DNA from: Podospora anserina
Taxonomy: Eukaryota
NCBI GenBank assembly: GCA_017654855.1
Contig: CM030333.1
Location: 5,084,001-5,148,000 of the forward strand
Direction: 5' to 3'
DNA: 64,000 bases
This document shows, in pieces, positions 49,992 to 60,263 of this stretch. Numbering within the stretch: the stretch's first letter is position 1; each line of letters opens with the position of its first letter. The notes under the pieces were generated by a model. That model was not told the origin of the DNA. It searched no databases and was given only the letters and a program-made list of their open reading frames with translations. The position numbers and the translations under genes were made by a program.

Positions 49992-51872
49992 ATGACGATG
50001 TCTTCGCTATCAACAACACAACGGCACGGACTTATCAGTGACCTCTCTCAAAACCATGCTCACCCCGGAACCCCTATTCAGACTCTCCCACAAGATATGG
50101 ATATCTACGAGCCCTCGGACTGTGAATCTGACCACTCGGATGACGAGGAAGTTGATCTTCCCCGACAGCCTCCGGCCACAGCAATAGCTACTACGCCCCG
50201 CCAATTGGAGGATGGGCTCGCTAAGCTTGATTCTACTCCGTCTCCTAGAGTCACCATCATCTCCACCCCACTTTCTCTCACTGACAGAGAGGACGAACCT
50301 GATTGTCCTGTCACACTTGCTGGGCTGGATCCGGGCCCGTTGCCCCCGAAGAAAGGGTCCCGAACCTATCGTTACTTTCGTTACAATTTTGGTTCTGTCT
50401 ACCGCCGAATCTTCTGCCTGGCCTTCTTGGGCAACCTCTCGGCCCTCGTCGTCCTCGCTTCCAAACACGGGCTGTCAAGTCAGGCTGAGAGGTTCACCTA
50501 TCAACAGGCCAGTATAGCGGTCACGGCCAACGTTTTGGCCGCGCTGCTGGTCAGAAATGAGCATGTGGTCAATGCTTTCTTTTGGGTCTTTGCCGACAAG
50601 GCTGTCACCAAGTACCTCCCTCTGAGAGCCAGGAGGTTGGGGGCCAAGATCTACTCCTACGGCGGTGTCCATTCCGGGTGTGCCATGGCTGCTACGGCGT
50701 GGTACATTGCGTTTCTTGTGCTTCTGACGCTGGAGTGGACTGGTTCCGACATCGCCGAGGAGCAAGGGATGGTGAAGGGATACATCTACCTCGTCAGCTA
50801 CACCATCCTCGCACTCTTGGTCAGCATGCTCGCGACCGCATGGCCCGAGTTCCGAAGAAGGTGCCACAACTGGTTTGAAGGCGTCCACAGGTTCATGGGA
50901 TGGACGGCGGTGTTTTTGTTTTGGGTGCAGGTCTTGCTTCTCACTTATGAGAACTCCTCCCACGATTTCGGCACGGGGCTCGTGCAGTCACCCAACTTTT
51001 GGATGTTGGTGGTCATCACGGGCTTGGTCGTCTACCCTTGGACAAGGCTAAAACTCAGAAAGGTCGAGGCCGAGGTACTATCGAGCCATTGCGTCAAGCT
51101 CAATTTTGAGTACAGGGATGTGCACTATGGGCAGGCAGTCAAATTGACCGACAGCCCTCTGAGAGAGACGCACGGGTTTGGGGTCATCCCTCATCCCTAT
51201 GCTCCAAAGATTGAAGATGCCACCCACCAGACAAGCAGTAGCGGCAGCTCCATGGTGTCGGTCGAGAGAGAGAAGACGCAAAAACAAAACAAAGGGTTGT
51301 CGCATGCCGGTGAAAAGGGATACTCGGTCATTGTGTCCAAGGCGGGAGACTGGACGTCCAAGATCATCGCCAATCCGCCCACGCACATCTACACGAGGGG
51401 CACGCCGCAGTTTGGCGTCATGAGAGTCGCTGGCATGTTTGAACCGTGCGTCATTGTTGCGACGGGATCTGGAATCGCGCCGTGCCTGAGTCTGTTTGTG
51501 CAAAAGCCAGACCACCCTGTGAGAATCATTTGGTCCACCAAGTCACCCTTGCAGACGTATGGGCAGGACATCATTGATCTGCTCTACGCCACCGACCCGC
51601 GTGCCATCATCATTGATACCTCCAAGGGCGGCCCCAAATTCAAAAGGCCAGATTTGGTCAAATTGGTCTATCGAGTTTGGGAGGAGAGCCAAGGAGAGGG
51701 ACCTGAGCAGTACGCGAGACTGGAGGGGAGAACCAACTCAACTGGACGGAAAAAGATTGTCGGCAAGTGCGAGGCCGTGGTGATTATCAGTAACCAGAAG
51801 CTGACCGAGAAGGTGGTATATGGGCTGGAGAGCAGGGGCGTTCCTGCATTCGGAGCCTTGTTTGATTCCTGA
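49992..51872 (+). CDS. Ferric-reductase-like transmembrane protein with FNR-like NAD(P)-binding C-terminus (626 aa)
   Basis: About six TM helices with conserved His (GGVHSGC, HNWFEGVHRFMGW); AGDWT, VATGSGIAP, IWS, ISN, FGALFDS C-terminus. Confidence 0.8.
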   Translation: MTMSSLSTTQRHGLISDLSQNHAHPGTPIQTLPQDMDIYEPSDCESDHSDDEEVDLPRQPPATAIATTPRQLEDGLAKLDSTPSPRVTIISTPLSLTDREDEPDCPVTLAGLDPGPLPPKKGSRTYRYFRYNFGSVYRRIFCLAFLGNLSALVVLASKHGLSSQAERFTYQQASIAVTANVLAALLVRNEHVVNAFFWVFADKAVTKYLPLRARRLGAKIYSYGGVHSGCAMAATAWYIAFLVLLTLEWTGSDIAEEQGMVKGYIYLVSYTILALLVSMLATAWPEFRRRCHNWFEGVHRFMGWTAVFLFWVQVLLLTYENSSHDFGTGLVQSPNFWMLVVITGLVVYPWTRLKLRKVEAEVLSSHCVKLNFEYRDVHYGQAVKLTDSPLRETHGFGVIPHPYAPKIEDATHQTSSSGSSMVSVEREKTQKQNKGLSHAGEKGYSVIVSKAGDWTSKIIANPPTHIYTRGTPQFGVMRVAGMFEPCVIVATGSGIAPCLSLFVQKPDHPVRIIWSTKSPLQTYGQDIIDLLYATDPRAIIIDTSKGGPKFKRPDLVKLVYRVWEESQGEGPEQYARLEGRTNSTGRKKIVGKCEAVVIISNQKLTEKVVYGLESRGVPAFGALFDS

Positions 51873-52068
51873 ACCTTGTCTTTTAGAAGCTGGGTACGGT
51901 ACCCTTTATTTGTTTAGTCACGCTGATGCGTTGCAAGTTGAAGGATTCACTTTATGACTGGACATGAGAAATGTGGACATTTAGAATTGCGTAGGGGATT
52001 TGATGGCTTAGAGGGGGTAAATAGATGTGTCGGGGTCATGGGCATGCATCTCTTTGTCCTGATGGGTA

Positions 52069-52115
52069 ACGTATTTGATAAGCGAGCGGATCGGACAAGC
52101 GAGTGGATCGATTTC
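52069..52115 (+). repeat. Left terminal inverted repeat containing two internal direct copies of AAGCGAG(C/T)GGATCG
   Basis: ACGTATTTGATAAGCGAGCGGATCGGACAAGCGAGTGGATCGATTTC. Confidence 0.95.
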
Positions 52116-52160
52116 CACTACCCTATTACAACCATCCTCAATTACAAAACAACAACACTA

Positions 52161-53831
52161 TTAACCTACTACAATTACATCAGAAACAGTTGAATCAGAC
52201 TCTTCTGTAATCTCCTGGCACGTACGGATATTATGGCCAGGCTTGCCGCACACACTACAGCACTGAACCTTCGTACGCCCTCCCCCTACACTACCACCAC
52301 CCTGCTCCTTTCCTTGCGCCACCTCTCCACCCACAGCCTTCTGGTCCAGTAGATCCTGTGTATCTTATATAGTAAGTGATCCTCTAAGCTATATATATGT
52401 TTTTTTTACTTTCTGGCGCTTACTTAGTACCTTGTTCGCTTTACGGAACGAAGATACCTTTAATTAAAGGAAAGTTATTTAATATATTATAATTATTATA
52501 CTTTTAATAAGTTAGTTTATTATAATTAATATTAAAGTCGGAGAATTATTTTAATAGTTAATAATATAAATTTTAATAAATATTAATTATAAATTAGTTT
52601 TTTAGGAGTTTTATAGTATTTAGAATACTTAGGATAGTACCGTACCCGGCTTTAAAGATAAGGGTATAAGCGTATAAAACTTTATATTTAACTTAAAAAA
52701 TACCTTCTTTAAATCCTATAGTATAAAACTAATACCTATAAAATTATTTTATATATTTTTCTTTATTATAAAAGTAAAAAAAGCCTTACGGAAAATATAA
52801 AGAAACTTAAATTTATTTATATAATTAATATATATATATATTAAACCTTCGATTTAACAACCGTATATTTATTTTAATGGCCTAAAGTAATTAATATTAA
52901 GTAATTAAAAAAAGTAAGAGAAATATAAAAATATATAAAATATAATAATATTATTTTATTAATAATAATATTTAAATTTAATTAAGTAATAATTTTTATA
53001 GTTATTAAAGATTAATAATCGATATTTATTTTTCGTACGGAACGCTATATAATAATTAAAATACTTAATTTAATTTAAATTTATTAAATTAATAATTTAA
53101 TTATTATTAATAATTATAATATATTAAATAAATAATAAAATATATTTAATATATTAATTAATAAAATAATATTATATAATTAAAATAATAAAAGGTAGAA
53201 TAATTTAATTAAAAATATTAATTTTTTAAATTACTATTATTTATTTACGATTATTAAATTAAATTAATTTTACTTTATTAAAACCGTTCGAAATTATAAT
53301 TATTATATTTATAAAAATAATATTTATTATAAATCTAATTTCATCGAAATTATAAATATTATTATTTATAATACTATATTTAATTTTAATATTCTATATA
53401 AACATAAACTATTCGGTAATAACTTTTAGATTTTTATATTTAGTCCTTTAATAATTATATTTATATATAAAATATATATAAAATTATAATTAATATTTAA
53501 CGAAATTATATATTTAACGTTAATTAATAAGAAGCGTATCGTATACGCGTAATAATTAATTAACTATATTTTCCACGCTACTTAATTTAGGTAGGAATGC
53601 GTATATAGATAGCTTAAGAACGTATTAAACTATTATCTTTTCCTTTAAATCCGTTAAATTACGTGAGTTGGCTAGAATATCGCGTCGTGTAGGCTTACTA
53701 GTGCGCCGGTAATAGAGGGTAGTATAAGGTATAGAATAGAGCTTCGCTATAGCTTTAAGGCTTAGTTTAGGGTTATTTTTAAGGGCTTCGAGTGCAAGAA
53801 TAACTTTTGCTTTAACTAGAATCGAAGATAT
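52161..53831 (-). pseudogene. RIP-degraded Fot1-like transposase
   Basis: N-terminal HTH-like remnant VILALEALKNNPKLSLKAIAKLYSIPYTTL..R..RRDILANSRNLTDL with likely ATG>ATA start; C-terminal CSVCGKPGHNIRTC zinc knuckle, stop at 52161..52163; middle full of TAA stops. Confidence 0.9.
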
Positions 53832-53883
53832 CTTGGTATAGTGGAGGAAATCGATGTTGCAGGTAGAGAGCTATATCGCGTAC

Positions 53884-53930
53884 GAAATCGATCCACTCGC
53901 TTGTCCGATCCGCTCGCTTATTAAATACGT
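53884..53930 (-). repeat. Right terminal inverted repeat
   Basis: Reverse complement ACGTATTTAATAAGCGAGCGGATCGGACAAGCGAGTGGATCGATTTC; differs from the left TIR by one G>A change. Confidence 0.95.
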
Positions 53931-54020
53931 TAGGTACGATTTGGGTAACTGTTCATTGCGCTGATCTTGAATAAAAGTTGAATATTGTTGGTCTCCTACC
54001 TAGCACACAAGCATGCTACA

Positions 54021-55882
54021 TCAAATTTCCCCTGAATCCCAAACCACCACTCCTCCAACTACCGTCAACACACTTCTCAACTGTTTGATCCTTTCCTCCG
54101 GAATTGTGAAGTAGTCCTCACTAAGCACTGCTACATCACCCAGCCTTCCTGTCTCGAGAATACCCAAGCTATGCTCGTCAGGCCCGCCTAAGAACCAAGT
54201 GTTGTGTTTCGTGAAGAGCTCCAGTACTTCTTGTCTGCTGATTGACTGGCCGGGGTTGATGACCTCCCCTTTGGCATTTTTTCCAGTAATTGCATAATAC
54301 GCATGAGGCCACGGGCTCAAGGGAGCAATGTTCGCCCCATCAGGACCGAACCCTCCACGGATTCCGCTGTCCAGGATTCTTCGAAAAGGAGGTCCGGCGG
54401 GGTTTGTTGTGTTACCTGTCCCTGAAAGGTAGAGCCAGCCAGAAACATTCACACCCGCCCCTAATGCCTTTAATCTTCTGAGAGAATCTGTCGAGATCCT
54501 TGGCACATGGGCGACAACCCAGCGTAGGTTTTTGATGGAGACTTCGGCGTCGACCTTTTCAAAGCCCTCTAGTTGTGTTTTGAGATCATTTTCTCCAAGA
54601 GCGTGTACCTCCAGCCGCCACCCTGCCTTGGCTATTTTAAGGGCGGCAGCTTCAAAGACGGGCCCGCCGGCGTAGTCTGCGATCCCGACGGCGAACTCGC
54701 CGATGGCACCGGTACGCATCATGTCATTGCCAAAAAAGGGGAACGTGTTGCGCAGGCGCTCTACAAGAGTAGGGTTTTCTGTCGTTGTGTCATCGTGAAG
54801 GAAGTTTATGCGAAGCCGGATGATGCCGTCGAGGTCATTGTACACCGAGAGCCAGGGAAGATGAAAGGTATACAGATCTTCTGAGGCAGCACCGTCCGAG
54901 GATGTGTTGGTCGCACTGAAGGCCCCTTGATCCAGCTTTGGTGGCCTGGGTTAGTAAGAGCTCCAATAATGTTCACCAACATCTGTGGCAGGGTGTGCAG
55001 GCGGGGCATGAAGGTGAGGGGACATATATCGCAAGAAGAACCTACGTGTGTTGTCACTCCGACGCTGGCTGCATACTCCATTGCACTCCTCACGCTCCTC
55101 TTCCTCTCCTCAAACCCCAACAAGCTCTGCCTCAGCCACAACAGCGCTTTTCCATTTTCCAGTCCAGATGCAATACTTCCATTCGTCGCTATCACCACGC
55201 TAGCCTCTCTTTCCAAGATCTCTCTGCCTTTTGTATTTGTGGTAGCCGGACCAGAAAAGGATGTGGAGATGAAGATTGGGTTGTCGTTCACTGCGCTATC
55301 CAGCTCCTCCAACGTAGGGAGTCTCTGTTCCTTGAGCTGATTGGGAGAAAAGCCACCGATGGTTGTGATCCACCCATCCTTTGGCACCCCTTTTGCACGC
55401 TGCTGATATGTTGCTTTCACATCAGCAACCGACAAGGACAGCTCCAGAGGGGTATGGTAACCGGGTCTGTTTCCGAGGAGAACAATGTGATTATGGCAGT
55501 CTATTAACCCCGGTACCGCAACTCGACGTCGGAGGTTGATTTTCCTGAATGGAGAGGACGACTGTGACAAAGTGCGTTCGGCCTCGGGTAAATCGTCACC
55601 AGTATATGCAATGTATCCATCTCTGACGGCCAAAATGGAGACTACCCGGTTGCTGGGGCCGATTGTGTGAATTTTGCCGTTATAAAGAAGCACAGACCCG
55701 CGTAGAGAGCCCGAAGTATGGGACTGGGTGATGAAACGAGGGGGCAAAACTGGAGTGAAGGAAGATTCAATCGACAGCGTGGAATTAGTATTGCTGGACA
55801 CTTGGACGTCGAGTGGGGAGGCAAATAGGACCCAGAATTGGAATACGAGTAAGAAGGGTAGGATGGTGATAATGGCGAACAT
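54021..55882 (-). CDS. Amidohydrolase_3 (YtcJ-like) metal-dependent hydrolase with N-terminal signal/anchor
   Basis: Hydrophobic N-terminus; NGKIHT, PGLIDCHNH, VHALGE, RWVVAH, G.LE.GRLGDVAVLS.D, TVVGG; intron 55045..54936 joins the two ORFs (TTH-LDQG). Confidence 0.88.
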
Positions 55883-56474
55883 GACTCTCAGGGTGTCCAC
55901 GATTAATGGATTTATGTTTCAAGTAGAATGCGGAGCAGACAATTGTGCTGTCAATGCTTCGGAGTATGTCCCGTCATATACTACCTAGGGTAGTAAACCC
56001 TAGCCACATTATATACCTGAAAGGTAGGGAAGGTACCTTGCCCTCCTTCACTTGAGGGAGGGTACCGTCGCGATGATCACATACCCACGAAGGAGGGGGA
56101 GTGTGGACAGAGGTACCTTGGGTAACGAGCCAGTGACTAGGTATCTAGATATGCAATACAATGGAAATACCCGGCGGACAAAAATATCAGCCGAAGCATG
56201 CTCCTAGGCCGGTGGTTCACTAGTCTGAGATGCATACATATATTGGTAGTATTGCATGAGGGGTTGCTCTGGCAGCCTGAGCACACTGGTGATGGGTGGT
56301 TTTGTGTCATCGTTCGGAAGTTTGGAGAGCTTGGCTTGCCCTGCACCCTCTTTTGGAACTGAGACCAATTGAATAGCAATGCTGAAAAGACAGTCACAAG
56401 AAAAGGAAAAAGACGTCATTTCTGTCGCATGATATCAATTTTGAGTTTTGGTGGTAAAGCATCCAATCATAAAA

Positions 56475-56546
56475 GCCTGCTTGGCCAAGTGGTAAGGCGT
56501 CGCACTTGTAATGCGAAGAGCACAGGTTCGATTCCTGTAGTAGGCA
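56475..56546 (+). tRNA. tRNA-Thr (anticodon UGU), intronless
   Basis: GCCTGCT/AGTAGGC acceptor stem, TGGCCAAGTGG A-box, anticodon arm TCGCA-CTTGTAA-TGCGA, GGTTCGATTCC B-box, T-run downstream. Confidence 0.95.
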
Positions 56547-56678
56547 TTCATTTTACCACACCCAGTTACGTTGATCCTGATCACACAAATGGAACATTTT
56601 TGTAATTGCAAATTCTTCATGAAAACCTGGAACAGTAGACAGAAATGGCAAACAGACAACAACAAGCCAACACCCAGA

Positions 56679-59600
56679 TCACACTACCCTGCGTCTTTTT
56701 GCACTTGACCGAAACCTTGGAGAACGCCGTCCTCGCTTCGACCCACGAGCCCCATCATCCCAAGCTCCATTTTGTAATTCCTCCTCCACCCGTATCGCGT
56801 GCTGTATGGCCTTTTCCATTCCATTCCTCACATACTCCTCTGGTGTGATGTCGCCCTCTAGCCTCAGATGCCATGTTCGTATATACCGCTTGGGATCAAA
56901 AGTTTGTACTGGCAATGAACCGAAAAGACGAGATTCCATTCCACTGCGCATAAAGTCATCCAGTGAAGTCCATGGTCTAGGACCTTGACGGAATTTCTCA
57001 GGAGCTGGGCCCAGTGCTGAATCAACGCTGTGGATGATGGTCCTGGTTTGAGACGTCTTTGGTCTTTGGCTCGGTACCGTGGTGCCCTGATACCTTCCAG
57101 GCAGAGTTTGTGCCATCAACCTCCCCTGACTTGTGGGAATATTCAGATTTCTAGACAGTGTATCGGTACCGCCATCTTCATCCTCGCTCAGGACCTGGAG
57201 AGTCATGACGCTCGACATCTTCGCCATCGTAGGAGCGTCATCGCCATCGCCAGCGTCTTCCTCTCCAGCCCAAGGGTTTTCACCGGCATAGAGCTTGCAG
57301 TAGTACTCGGCCAGCGGAATTCCCTTCGCTGTGGAAGTGGAGCGCCTCACACTGGAATCAATGTATGACGAGTTCCCCTCAGCAGCATCTATATTGTCTT
57401 GAATAGTCTGGTCCATTCTCCCGTCGTTCAGGTCGCCCGGCGCATTAAACAAGTTTCTAAGAGTTGTGACAAATTCCTCGTCAGCCGGCATCGATAACCC
57501 ATCAACAAAGGAGTTTTCTGCAGCTTGTTCTGCCTCGAGTAGTATCGTATCATCAGCTGCCCAAAATGCCGGCAGGTTTGTGACATCTTTGAGGGTCATG
57601 TCTGGGTTTTCGAAGAACCCTGTTCTCAAAACATATTCGCAGTATTTTTCCAGGCGGTCAAGTGCCCTATTTTTGTATGAGGGGTCATTCGGGTCTGGCA
57701 GGATCGTGGATTTCCCATCAGGATCGGCAGAGCTTGACTGCTCGTGCTCGGCCTCTAACATCCACTCATCGTAAAGATCGGGCTTGCTCTTGGAATCACG
57801 GTGCACAGGCACAGTGCCACCCTCTGTGAATTGTTGATTGTTGATGAACGATATCTGGTCCTTCCACCATTCCATGAGGCTTTCCAAGAATCGAACTTCG
57901 TTGTCAATCCTACGGATGGTGTCGTTATGCTTGCGGTCGAACTCGTGATGCATGCTGATTTGGGTGTTTATGTTTCTCTCCTTGTAAACATGAGCCAAGC
58001 TATAATCAGCCTTCCTGCCCTCAAAAGTGGAATTTTCATGATGCTTTTCCTCCTGTAGGTGCTTGACCTTTCTGCGCTCCACCTCGGCCCAAAAAGAGCT
58101 TCTCGCCGCCAAAATATCCTTCACCTGTTTGTCCACAATGGCAAGTGTCCTCTTATCAATGTCGGAAAGATTCCCACGTGTGGCAATGTCGATCTGGCGG
58201 GATCTCCGGATGTCGAGAGTACTAAGCTCCCTGGCCATCAAGGGATATAGTTCCCAGACTGGCTTGTTCACTCGGTCCACGATGGCAGCATCTTCAAGCG
58301 GGGAGTTGGTGCACACAGTTGGGATTGACGACTGGTGCGAGCTCGAGGACTGCTGTGACCTTCCAGACTGCTGTGGGCTTGAAGACTGATGTGCATGCGA
58401 AGGGGTGGACGTCCCGGCCTGGGGGGCGGTGATCAGCGGCTTCACATAAAAGTTGTTTATGAACGGATACATGTAATTCTTCTCGGCTATTTTGAGCAGT
58501 TTTCGTCGGTCATTCAATATTTTGTTGTGCCGGTGAATTGTTCGGACGAGGTCTTTGTGCTTCCCACCGCGGGCTTCCATAACCATGATGACAGCCGACC
58601 GGGAAGGCCAAAAAGGAAATGTGTGTACCCTAATCGCGGCGAGAGCCATGTGAGCTTGCTGAAAGTCCTGGGTAGCAGTGAAAGGCCATCGCTGCGGGTC
58701 ATAAGCCCGATAAGGCATCCCGCCCCTGATGCCCATGGTCCACATGACCGGGCGATCCCTTTTGTCCTTCGCCCTTCTATGCTGATCCAGTTTATAGTCG
58801 GCCAACGCAATGACATGTCCGTAAAGCCAGTCGTTGCTGGGCCATTCCTCCCAGCGTCTTTCCCTTTGTACCTTCTTGGTTTGAGTAAATTCGGTCCACC
58901 ATGCACATGTTGCTTCCTTCATGTCCGCCGTGTTGTCGTATTCTTCGGCTGCGAAATCAAACATATCCTCAAACTTCCCCACGAGATCAAGCAGTTCTCC
59001 GCTGTATTTTGCTCGCAACTTCTTGGAGGTTGCGAGTTTGGTAAAGGGAAATTTGATCTCATCGCCGGCTTGTTCCCGTTCGGCAACGTGAAAGGCTAGC
59101 TCTCTGCCCAGACCCCACGCTTTGATGCGTTTTTCAGAGATAGTCAACAGTGTCTTCAGCATCACACAGAAATACATCTTGTCAAACCACGTCCCCGGCT
59201 CTGGAAGCTTTTTCAACCTTGCCTTGTATTCACCGTGAACGTCATGTTTCACGTCGCACGCCAGGCCAAAGTCTGCAAGGTGAATCTGTGGGAAACAGGC
59301 GTTAAAGTTCTCAAGTCGTGGGTCTTTTTGTTTTTCTTCAGCAGAAGGGTAGTGCAGCCAAATATTGTGTAAGTGGCCGTCATTGTGGCCAATCGAGACC
59401 CAATCTTTCAACGTTGGATGCTTCAAGTCGGGCTTCAAGTGGTTGTTATTCCGGAGGTTCTCCTCTGGAGATTTCACATGGCCTGTGTGCAAGTAGGCAT
59501 AAGCCCGCCCGACTTGGGCGATGAAATGCCAGATGAATTCCTCGGGGACATCCTCAGCTCCTGTACGCTCCGAATTTTTAGACAAGCGCCCTTTCTTGTA

Positions 59601-60263
59601 ATTCTCCAAGAGTTCCCAGAGCGAGCCGCCATTGTAGTATTTCATGAACATGGTTGACTGTGAGTCTCCGTGCCAGTTCTTTATGTCGTTGTCGGGTCTG
59701 GTTCCGTAATCATGTATCTGAACTGCATACATCTGCGAGATTGGATACAGAATAGCTACGTAGTACACATTTTATTAGCAGCTGCGTCTGGACGATGATG
59801 GACAACACATACGGTCATATTCTAGCGATCTGTACGCTGCAGGGTCGTCCAAAGTCATGTACTCAATCTCTGGTATGATTCCGTTGACATTGCTCGACAA
59901 TCGCCACGAGATATTGCCCAGCACCTGTTTGATGACCACCTGCTCCTCCGGTTTGTCCATAGAGTGGAACAGCCCTACCATCACACCATTTTTGGTCACG
60001 TACTTCGGGAGAGTAAACCAACGGATCAAAACAAAGCCTTTGGGACGAGCCTGTAGCCAGATGAGGGATTTGTTGGTAACAGGCGATTCGTTTTTGTAAG
60101 CTTCTCTTTCGGCCACCTCGGGCCGCTTGAGTGGAAAGGCTACCAGTGTCATGTTTTTCCACCCTCGCTCTTCGATCTTCTCACCAAAAGGTGTATCTGT
60201 AGAGCGTTGGACGCCCACAAAGTCGGAATCATCGCGAATTGTGCTGTCGTTCGGAGATGCCAT
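56679..60263 (-). CDS. Atypical protein-kinase-like protein with long C-terminal extension (1175 aa)
   Basis: Exons 60263..59813 and 59755..56679 (57-nt intron GTATGT...CTAAT...TAG); VVIKQ, MKYYNGGSL, VPEEFIWH, HNDGHLHNIWL, LADFG. Confidence 0.82.

Larger units (their letters stand above)
52069..53930 (-). mobile_element. Full-length Fot1/Pogo-type (Tc1-mariner) DNA transposon, 1862 bp, inactivated by RIP
   Basis: 47-bp TIRs at 52069..52115 and 53884..53930 with one mismatch; TA target duplications at 52067-68 and 53931-32; very AT-rich interior; transposase remnants on the minus strand. Confidence 0.95.

Noticed and set aside
52400-53600. AT-rich block as centromere or organellar insertion
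   Set aside because: It is bounded by TIRs, a TA duplication and transposase remnants, so RIP explains it.
56679-60263. Spok-type meiotic driver or frameshifted gene
   Set aside because: No Spok domain order recognised (the kinase domain is N-terminal here), and the two ORFs are joined by a canonical 57-nt intron.
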